From a virus (taxonomy: Duplodnaviria > Caudoviricetes), in IMG/VR virus record IMGVR_UViG_3300025679_000005: 64,000 nucleotides of DNA. One strand, given 5' to 3'. The notes under the pieces are model-generated. The model searched no databases. It was not told the origin of the DNA and was given only the letters and a program-made list of their open reading frames with translations. The position numbers were made by a program, and so were the translations under genes. Positions 29,401 through 36,123 of this stretch are shown piece after piece. Positions within the stretch are counted from its first letter, which is position 1. Every line of letters begins with the position of its first letter.

Positions 29401-29771
29401 TCATGTATGACGAGAAGTTGGAGTTGTACGACTTCCCGATTCCTGAGCGTGCCAAGGATGGCAGCAAGCATTCGCCATTGATCGCTGAGCTTTTGACCCT
29501 GCAAGCTGAGCAAATAAGCAAGAACATTGTGACCGTTCAGGCCCCCAACAAAGTTGGAGCCCACGACGACTTGAGCGATGCCTTGATTCGATCCATCTGG
29601 CTGAGTTCGGAAGTCATGATGAATCGAAAGCACACGGCCCACGGTCAGGCTTACCGCCCAGCGGTGGCTTCGGCCATGACCCCTCAAAGGTACCAGATGT
29701 CCCGCATGCTCAAGCATGGTGGTGGCGGAGATCGCAGTCTAAGCGGCCGTCGCCCAATTAGGCAGAGGTAA
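26409..29771 (+). CDS. terL: Terminase large subunit (intein-containing)
   Basis: Walker A reconstituted after splicing as GRRGGK|TT, Walker B VIILDEVAH, ISSP, nuclease MGIDVG...DGTA, HDDLSDA. Confidence 0.9.
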   Translation: MAEKKREGLVNLVRNANQKVKATQAVATNSGAGGGGLGGGPKIFSVLEYIEQPWGLAMNLYPAQRFLVKLYYNLELDTKIPDDPNKRIQVTDMLKTKILYELSERDYLTYLFNEGRCNIGEQDHDRRELVLSIGRRGGKCVCGDTLVLTNDGIRQIADLGTALEDGFSPLELGIVQEAGKRSTSAAFYNGGVKPTFSVKTDSGYSLKGTGPHRVKVLTKTGKVEWVYLDQLQVGDFVAINRSTDLWAAKLMDLRPFHNETGRKDVRLPELLDERLGNFIGYLVGDGTWGDDHAVSVTVEHPETWAYLKEAFQTLLGEPRVQMDERTVNTGRLEFCSVRARRFFDDIGWKQDCARDQKMIPWSILQSPKSVVCAFLRGLFETDGCAESGGRSITFSSASFRLAHEVQIVLLNLGIVSNVARKWNSKTKKHYANLRVKGTRSRRLFAQLIGFDSDKKRLPMLASLELAQEGKSDTESIPHQYSAIRDWLESIPKAGPGAGHRRSRLRDVLANTCKPSSGEDLTYPRLAKAISVAKEMGAGEQETAHFEELARLDYFYDAVTSVEQGEDQVYDLTVPDGEAFVANGMTNHNTTLSGIFASYEVYRLLNLYNPQEYYGLPNGNRIQIISVATDKDQAGLLFNEVASHIVKCEYFKPHTASNTQTFLNFRTPYDIEKFGTDVRNGDGKYQSLNGKATIRVTFKGANGKGLRGAGNVVIILDEVAHFLDKGGGSAEEVYGAVVPSSAAFSKKDQKTKRALIDPITGIEAPVESRVILISSPLGKSGLFYDKFDLAMRGGPGAHNILAIQAPTWEINPTVPSSYYKEKYHANPITFVTEHGAQFSDQVRGWIERESDLQACINPILQPKLAGTPRSPHQMGIDVGLVNDGTAIAITHVEGDKIVLDYHEIWYAGENWREANPHLDFSVATDYAKSLGNVQRIDFDAIGEWILALCKRFHITAGIFDRWNGIPLEQFLHKHGLKQFTSDFYTRDNTSKMYQTVKEFMYDEKLELYDFPIPERAKDGSKHSPLIAELLTLQAEQISKNIVTVQAPNKVGAHDDLSDALIRSIWLSSEVMMNRKHTAHGQAYRPAVASAMTPQRYQMSRMLKHGGGGDRSLSGRRPIRQR
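26826..28172 (+). mobile_element. Intein with LAGLIDADG homing endonuclease (449 aa) in the terminase Walker A
   Basis: Starts CVCGDTLV, GTGPHRV block B, GYLVGDG and GLFETDG motifs, ends VYDLTV...FVANGMTNHN followed by T. Confidence 0.92.
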
Positions 29772-29775
29772 CCCC

Positions 29776-30030
29776 ATGGATGACCCCCGTCCCCTACCAC
29801 TTGAATTTGCGAATCGAGTAATCCGGCAGTTCCTGGATCACTTGTTGGGTACGGATCTGATCGCCAAACCGAAGGACCTATTGAAACTTAGGGTTCTTTT
29901 TCGGCATCTAGGGGGAAATTGGGAACAGCTCCAGTTGGGGGACATCAAGCAGCTCCTTCTGTTGGAGAAGCTATTATCGAAGTGGGGTCAGAGCAAAGAC
30001 CGCGAACGTGAACCGAAGGACGGTGGATGA
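29776..30030 (+). CDS. Hypothetical protein
   Basis: 84 aa, RBS AGAGG, overlaps the next gene. Confidence 0.6.
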   Translation: MDDPRPLPLEFANRVIRQFLDHLLGTDLIAKPKDLLKLRVLFRHLGGNWEQLQLGDIKQLLLLEKLLSKWGQSKDREREPKDGG

Positions 30031-30551
30031 TGCCTCCTGAGCAATTTCGAACGAGGGACTGCGTTATCCTTGTGAAAGGAGACGCCTATCCGGTGACGGT
30101 TGCTCCAGCTATGGCTTCTGGTGGCTGGAAAGGTGGCCAAGGAGTCCAATGGGTCGCCTCATCCAAAGACGAGTTTCTGGTCACCTACTCCGACGGCCTC
30201 TATGCGGGATTCCTTCTTTGGGGATCAGATGAGTCTTCGGATCAGTTCACGGCGATGACTAGGAACCAGCCGGCGTATCAATTTACGACGATTGGCGCTG
30301 GCGGCTGGGTCATCATGACGACGGCCTACGAGCAATACACCTGGCAGTCCCGTCAATCTGGTCCGCTGGTGCCGATCGTGTATACTGCCAGTGATCGCCT
30401 GGTGTTCTCTCTTCGAGGATACTGGTCGAACCAGGACGAATGGTCTTTGTCGGGCGACCTCCGCGCTCCTAACAACTACTTCATAGGTTTCGTGATCCAA
30501 CCCCCGACACCTGCCCCTGGTGGGTATATGGCGATTCAAGTGAGCATTTAA
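30027..30551 (+). CDS. Decoration/cement-like protein, paralog 1
   Basis: Aligns by eye end to end with 31241 and 31759, and at the C-terminus with 45420. Confidence 0.65.
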   Translation: MMPPEQFRTRDCVILVKGDAYPVTVAPAMASGGWKGGQGVQWVASSKDEFLVTYSDGLYAGFLLWGSDESSDQFTAMTRNQPAYQFTTIGAGGWVIMTTAYEQYTWQSRQSGPLVPIVYTASDRLVFSLRGYWSNQDEWSLSGDLRAPNNYFIGFVIQPPTPAPGGYMAIQVSI

Positions 30552-30554
30552 AAG

Positions 30555-31244
30555 ATGGCCACGAAGACTTGTATCCTATGTGAGGTAGCCCCCAGTCGAG
30601 AGGGTAACTCTTGGTGTGCTGAGTGCGCCAAAGCTTACGGCAGGGCTTATATGAAGGAGCGAAGGACGGGGGCCCCTTTCGTGGAAGCCGAGCGTGTTTA
30701 CGCAAAGCTCCGTAGGCAAAATAATCTTGACAAGATGCGGGCCATTGACAGGGATCGTACCCAGACGCAGCAAATTTGGCTTAATCAGTTGAAATCAGCC
30801 CCTTGCTTGGATTGCTTAGGGCTATTCCCGCCATGTTGTATGGACTTTGATCATGTGCGTGGCCCTAAGGCCAAAGGCATAGGTGAGATGCTCACTTACA
30901 GTAAGGAAATAATCCTTGCAGAGATTGCCAAGTGCGATCTTGTCTGTGCCTGCTGTCACAGGGTTCGGACACATCCTCAAAGACACGCGACCAAGAACCC
31001 GTCTAGAGCTAGATACTATGCAAAGGTGGATGCTCTTAAGGACGTCCCTTGTTTGGATTGCGGGGGATGCTTCCAGCCAGTGGCCATGGACTTCGATCAT
31101 ATTCGAGGGGAGAAGATCGCCACCGTGGCTCAAATGCGTTCAATGCCTTGGGCCAGAGCCCTCCTAGAGATTGCAAAATGTGAGCTTGTCTGCGCCAATT
31201 GCCATCGAATAAGAACTCAACAACGCATGCCGAGGGCAGCATGA
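30555..31244 (+). CDS. HNH endonuclease with two tandem HNH units
   Basis: Two copies of PCLDC..F.P..MDFDH.RG.K......EIAKC.LVCA.CHR.RT. Confidence 0.82.
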   Translation: MATKTCILCEVAPSREGNSWCAECAKAYGRAYMKERRTGAPFVEAERVYAKLRRQNNLDKMRAIDRDRTQTQQIWLNQLKSAPCLDCLGLFPPCCMDFDHVRGPKAKGIGEMLTYSKEIILAEIAKCDLVCACCHRVRTHPQRHATKNPSRARYYAKVDALKDVPCLDCGGCFQPVAMDFDHIRGEKIATVAQMRSMPWARALLEIAKCELVCANCHRIRTQQRMPRAA

Positions 31245-31762
31245 CCGAGATCTTCCGCACTCGGGATGTAGTTGTGCTATTTAAGGGCGACTCGTACACC
31301 GTCGAGATCTCCTCGCAGATGCAGCAGGCTGGTTGGGCTGGGGGGCAGGCGGTGATGTGGGCGGACTCCCCCAAAGATGAATTCAGGGTTACCTACTCTG
31401 ACGGTCTCTACGGAGGGTTCTTTCTCTGGGGTTCGAATGAATCGTCCGACCAGTACGTGTCCTTCTTCGAGAACCAGCTGGAGTACGGCTTCGGAGTGCT
31501 TTGCCTGGGTGGGTGGTTGATCTCCACCACAACCTACGAGAGATACACCTATGCGTCTCGTACTGGCCCGGGGCCTTTAGTTCCGTTGGTATATACAGAA
31601 GGAGTGCGACTTCTATTCTCTCTTCGAGGCTATTTCACCATAGAGGATGAGTTTTCTTTATCCGGGGATCCCCGGGCTCCTAACGGCTTTTATATAGGCT
31701 CGATCACACAGAGTCCGAAGGCAGCCAACGATTTTTACCTGGGGATTCAAACGGCCATATGA
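31241..31762 (+). CDS. Decoration/cement-like protein, paralog 2
   Basis: MTEIFRTRDVVVLFKGD...; ATGA overlap start at 31241. Confidence 0.65.
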   Translation: MTEIFRTRDVVVLFKGDSYTVEISSQMQQAGWAGGQAVMWADSPKDEFRVTYSDGLYGGFFLWGSNESSDQYVSFFENQLEYGFGVLCLGGWLISTTTYERYTYASRTGPGPLVPLVYTEGVRLLFSLRGYFTIEDEFSLSGDPRAPNGFYIGSITQSPKAANDFYLGIQTAI

Positions 31763-32283
31763 CTGAAATAGCTCGCTTCCGCGATGTGGTGGTCTTTTTC
31801 AAGGGCGACACAACGACTGTCACTATTTCGAGTAATATGGTGGCCGGCGGTTGGGCTGGCGGCCAAGGTGTGCAGTGGGTGGGGACTGTCGCAGATGATC
31901 GTGTGGTGACGTATTCCAGCGGGCTCTACGGAGGATTTTTGCTGGAGGGGTCGGAAGAGGTGGGCGCCAAGTTCACGGCTATGACCGATCAGCAGACTAC
32001 CTACCGCTATGCGGTCATGATGTTCGGTGGTGCCTTGATTTCGACATCTACCTACGAGAAGTACACCTATGCATCACGCATTGCCGGTGGGCCTCTTGTG
32101 CTGTTGACCTACAATCCTAGTGATCCTTTATACTTCTCGCTAAGAGGCTTGTTTACGAATGAAGACGAGTTGTCTCAGCAGGTACCGTCAAACCCCCTAG
32201 CTCCAGCGTTTTTCGTGGGTTTCGTGGCTCAAATCCCGAAGGCACTGAACAACTATTGGCTGGGGATTCAGACGAGCATGTGA
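31759..32283 (+). CDS. Decoration/cement-like protein, paralog 3
   Basis: MTEIARFRDVVVFFKGD...; same length and motif spacing as the other two. Confidence 0.65.
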   Translation: MTEIARFRDVVVFFKGDTTTVTISSNMVAGGWAGGQGVQWVGTVADDRVVTYSSGLYGGFLLEGSEEVGAKFTAMTDQQTTYRYAVMMFGGALISTSTYEKYTYASRIAGGPLVLLTYNPSDPLYFSLRGLFTNEDELSQQVPSNPLAPAFFVGFVAQIPKALNNYWLGIQTSM

Positions 32284-32298
32284 TAGGCTGAACCCCGA

Positions 32299-32745
32299 AT
32301 GCCCCAACTAGACCCTAAAGCCATTCTCGCGGCGTTGACTGCTCAGCAGCCCGCCAATGAGAAGGACATCGATGAGCTGGTACTGCGAGTTCAAGAGGCT
32401 CGCAAATCAGCCGATGAGGCTATTTCCAAGCTGTTCGAGGTATCGAGCGAATTACGTGAAAAGGTTCGCAGGGCCCCTACAGCAGGCGCCCACAGCCATA
32501 TGATTTTTGCCAATGCCTACATTCGCCTAGCCGCTGCCTTTGCACAAGGCCTCAAGCGGCTGGTCTCCACTGATCGTCTTCTTGTTCGAGCCAAATCCGA
32601 ACAAGAAGAGGCGGCTAGGGATGAGGCCCAGCAGAAGGCTCAGGACGACGTGCGTAGGGCAAAAAAGCAGGCGGCCAAGCTAGTGCAGAGGACTGCCAGC
32701 GCTTTTGATGAACTGTATGGAGAGGTAATTTCAGATGCCAAGTGA
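32299..32745 (+). CDS. Hypothetical helical protein
   Basis: 148 aa, immediately upstream of the portal. Confidence 0.65.
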   Translation: MPQLDPKAILAALTAQQPANEKDIDELVLRVQEARKSADEAISKLFEVSSELREKVRRAPTAGAHSHMIFANAYIRLAAAFAQGLKRLVSTDRLLVRAKSEQEEAARDEAQQKAQDDVRRAKKQAAKLVQRTASAFDELYGEVISDAK

Positions 32746-35700
32746 TCGCTACACGAACTATGCGAGTCCTGGGCAGTACTTGGTGAGGACTTCCGTCCGC
32801 CCTCAAGCGACGCCCTATGTGGCTAATAGCTACACGAACCAACTAACCTACAAGGAGAGGTTGGCCAGGCAACAAATACGCACGGCGTCTATTGGCGGCA
32901 CTGGAGCGGGAGGCGGCGGCTTTAGCGGCGGCGGGGGAATGGGTGGAGGCACCATCCAGAGTTCCCAGGGCAATTTCTTCAGTCCTCAACTTTCGACGGA
33001 CTTTCTTGAACTACCCCAGAGCATTCGTGAGCGGAGAGAGATCTACCGCCACTTCTACGAGACGGACGAACTAGTCGGGCAGGCCATAGACCTGCACACG
33101 GAACTACCCCTTTCTAAGGTGCGCCTGGCGGCACCAAAGCCCAGGACTTGTCCCCCCGGATTCGAGAGTGCGGACTCCTATGGGAAGTACATCCTCAGTC
33201 GATTTGAGCGGATGTGCAAGAAGATCAAGCTGTTCCAGCGGCTCATTACCATGGTCCATCATTACTGGTTGGACGGTATGGCGGTTATTTTCGCTGAAGA
33301 CGGCCAGATAGATGTCCCGGAAGAAGTAGGCTACGAGCGACGCACAGTCAAGACAGCCCTTTTGACAGAGGATGGGGACGCTGTCGAGCGCGAGGAAACC
33401 CAGCTCTTTGAGAGGGCCGACCGCGAAGAGCAGGAGTTCAAGTACTACCAGAAGAACTACAAGGGCTGGACCAAGCTCACGGTATTGCCCATCGACAAGG
33501 TGCAGATCACCTCTTTCGATTACACGGACAAGTCCATCCTAGAGCTGATCCCTTCAGACAAGGATAAGGCCCTCCTGGAACGGGCTAGCATGGGCGACCC
33601 TGTAGCTCAGAGAATGGTCGAAGAAATACCCGAAGAAATACGAGAGCACATAGCCAACGGGAAGCTCATCCCGTTGGGCACGGACCCGGATGAGGGTTCT
33701 TTCGCCCATATTCTCACGGGCAGCAAGAGTGCCGACTCCTCCCTAGGACAGTCGATCTTGAATCGCTGTCATATTGCAGGCACTCCAGTTTTGGCGAAAC
33801 GTGACGGTCAAGTACTCCAGATCCCCATCGAGGAATTGAACCCCGACACCGACAAGGTGCTTAGCCATGCCGGGGTTTGGCGGGACTTTGAGATAGGGGT
33901 CCGCAGCGTTTCAGAGGAGATCTCCCTCCTACATGTCGCCAAGATGGGGGAACCTATTGGGTCGACTTCGGACCACCGCTACCCTGTACTTCGTGGGGAT
34001 GAAACGGTCGAGTTAGATGCGAAGGACATCGAGCCCGGAGACTATCTTCAGGTTGCTCAGATCCCCCTCAATGAGGCGATGAATCCGCGTGTCGACCTTT
34101 CCTATATCTTTGACGGAGTCTGTGAAGACTACAAGGCTAGGAAATCCGGGCAAGAGGTTGTCCAGACCCTTACTGTGACGGATCGGACCGACACGACCTT
34201 CGTGGTCCAGTATTCGAAGCCCGAAACGGGTTTCAGGATGCAGAAGCATTTAGACGGATTGGCCTTGGCGGCAGAATGGTTGCGAGGCGTTACAGAGCCT
34301 ACGACCATCAGAGCCCTGGTGTTTTGCGAACGCTTCGGATTCAACCACAATCATCTCAACCGAACTCTTGAGAAACTAGGAGCTTTGGGCGCCAGCTATG
34401 AGGTGGTCGGCCGCTCTCACGCCAAGACTAGTGCTTTTGACATCCAATTCAGTCCATCAACGATGGCGGACCCTTCGAAGGAGGCTACACGGACCAAGAG
34501 CTTCCCCCGTTGGCTGGCCCTCGACGGCGACCTGGGGTACTTCCTGGGGTATTGGCTGGGGGACGGCCATATCTCGAAGCAGGATGGGTTGGATTACGGC
34601 GCTCTAGGTTTCACCTATGGCCCCAATGAGCCAGCTTCGGTCGTCTCGATCGAACAACGGATCAAGCCGATGCTTGATCGTCTTAAGGTCACGTGGTCAG
34701 AAAGCCCTATGGGGGCAGGGATTCACATGGACGGCTATCAGGATGCTGTCATACGCTGGATGGCCCAGAATTTTGGCCACACTTGCGAAGACAAGTGCCT
34801 GCCACCGTGGATCTTCAGTGCCCCCAAAGACTTCCTGAAAGGCCTGCTACGCGGCTTCTGTGACTCCGATGGGGACGTGACGACCAAGAAGGATGGCAGC
34901 GTCTCGGTACGCTTCAGCGGCACCAACAAGGTGCTCATGGACCAGACCTTCCTGCTCTGCACCTCGTTGGGTATCCCCGTATCAAGGTGCACCACCAAAC
35001 GACGTTGGGTCAAGCAAGCAGATGGCAGTATGAGCTTTGCCAAGGAGCTGTACGCCGTTCACTTCACACATGGACCTTCCGTGAAGTCCTTCTTCGAGTC
35101 GGGCTTCCTAGCTAAGCGCAAGGAACACGATTCGTGGAAAGATGGCCGCTCGGGGTCTCGGCACAAGTTCGTAGGGGACAAGCTTTACTACAGGGTCTCG
35201 AAGGTGGGGTCAGCTCAGCACACGGGACCTGTCTTTAGTCTCAACGTACATGTTGATCATTCACTTTACGTTTCGCTCGTAAGTACGCGGAATTGCTTAA
35301 GAACTTTGTATTATCGCGAAAAACTACGTCAAGCGCAGACATCCATTGCCTCAAGAGCGATGACCCCCAAGCGTATTGTCTGGGCGGAGGGTCTAAGCGA
35401 AGTAGATGTCGACCAACTACGTGAGCAGGTGGACCTTTCGCTGGTCGACCCCGACTACTCGATTGTAGCCAACTACGAAATACATTGGGAAGAGATGGGG
35501 TCCAAGGATCGCCTCCTCGACCTTAGTGGTGAGTACGAGCAGACAGAACGGCGCCTCCTCGTGGGCATGGGCGTGACGGAGTCCCTCATGAGTGGTGAGT
35601 CTCTGTATTCAGGGGATCGCCTTAAACTAGAGGTCATCAACAACCGGTACCTGCATCTTCGTGAGATCCTTCAGGAGTACGTGGAAGACTCCCTGTTCGC

Positions 35701-36088
35701 TCCAGTAGCTCGCCGCATGGGGTTCGTAGAACAGGACGAATGGGGTCAGGAAGTTGTTCTGTACCCACGTTTGAGCTTCACACGATTGCCATTGCGGGAC
35801 AGCCAAGACACCTTCGACGCATTGTACAATCTGTACCAGAAGGGGTCTATTTCGATCGATCTCATCCTGGAGATGCTCAACATCGATCCATCTGATACCA
35901 AGTCCAAGATCGAACGTGACATGTTCACGGTCAATGACGCCATTTTCAATGAAATTCTACGGTCCCTGTACAATGAAGTGGGCCGGATGTTGGCAGACAA
36001 GACAGACATCCTTGATCGCGTGTCTGAGTACATGAACCTGAAGATGAAGCCCCAGGAGGGCGGCGGACAGGAAGAGTCCAGGTTCTGA
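32735..36088 (+). CDS. Portal protein (intein-containing)
   Basis: YRHFYETDELVGQAIDLHTELP, helical portal-like extein of about 608 aa, position between TerL and protease. Confidence 0.75.
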   Translation: MPSDRYTNYASPGQYLVRTSVRPQATPYVANSYTNQLTYKERLARQQIRTASIGGTGAGGGGFSGGGGMGGGTIQSSQGNFFSPQLSTDFLELPQSIRERREIYRHFYETDELVGQAIDLHTELPLSKVRLAAPKPRTCPPGFESADSYGKYILSRFERMCKKIKLFQRLITMVHHYWLDGMAVIFAEDGQIDVPEEVGYERRTVKTALLTEDGDAVEREETQLFERADREEQEFKYYQKNYKGWTKLTVLPIDKVQITSFDYTDKSILELIPSDKDKALLERASMGDPVAQRMVEEIPEEIREHIANGKLIPLGTDPDEGSFAHILTGSKSADSSLGQSILNRCHIAGTPVLAKRDGQVLQIPIEELNPDTDKVLSHAGVWRDFEIGVRSVSEEISLLHVAKMGEPIGSTSDHRYPVLRGDETVELDAKDIEPGDYLQVAQIPLNEAMNPRVDLSYIFDGVCEDYKARKSGQEVVQTLTVTDRTDTTFVVQYSKPETGFRMQKHLDGLALAAEWLRGVTEPTTIRALVFCERFGFNHNHLNRTLEKLGALGASYEVVGRSHAKTSAFDIQFSPSTMADPSKEATRTKSFPRWLALDGDLGYFLGYWLGDGHISKQDGLDYGALGFTYGPNEPASVVSIEQRIKPMLDRLKVTWSESPMGAGIHMDGYQDAVIRWMAQNFGHTCEDKCLPPWIFSAPKDFLKGLLRGFCDSDGDVTTKKDGSVSVRFSGTNKVLMDQTFLLCTSLGIPVSRCTTKRRWVKQADGSMSFAKELYAVHFTHGPSVKSFFESGFLAKRKEHDSWKDGRSGSRHKFVGDKLYYRVSKVGSAQHTGPVFSLNVHVDHSLYVSLVSTRNCLRTLYYREKLRQAQTSIASRAMTPKRIVWAEGLSEVDVDQLREQVDLSLVDPDYSIVANYEIHWEEMGSKDRLLDLSGEYEQTERRLLVGMGVTESLMSGESLYSGDRLKLEVINNRYLHLREILQEYVEDSLFAPVARRMGFVEQDEWGQEVVLYPRLSFTRLPLRDSQDTFDALYNLYQKGSISIDLILEMLNIDPSDTKSKIERDMFTVNDAIFNEILRSLYNEVGRMLADKTDILDRVSEYMNLKMKPQEGGGQEESRF
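33767..35293 (+). mobile_element. Intein with LAGLIDADG endonuclease (509 aa) in the portal; atypical ...STRN C-terminus
   Basis: Starts CHIAGTPV, STSDHRYP block B, GYWLGDG and RGFCDSDG, ends VFSLNV..DHSLYVSLVSTRN followed by C. Confidence 0.88.
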
Positions 36089-36098
36089 GACTGACGGT

Positions 36099-36120
36099 CC
36101 TTTTATGGATTCCGTAAGGG
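36099..36120 (+). promoter_or_regulatory. Candidate phage late-promoter motif overlapping an RBS-pairing hairpin
   Basis: CCTTTTAT at 36099; TTTTATGG-att-CCGTAAGG can fold and cover the AAGGG RBS before ATG 36124. Confidence 0.45.
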
Positions 36121-36123
36121 TGC

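Noticed and set aside
30027-32283. Three paralogs as a diversity-generating retroelement or invertible cassette
   Set aside because: Diverged throughout, no near-identical TR/VR pair, and no reverse transcriptase or invertase in the window
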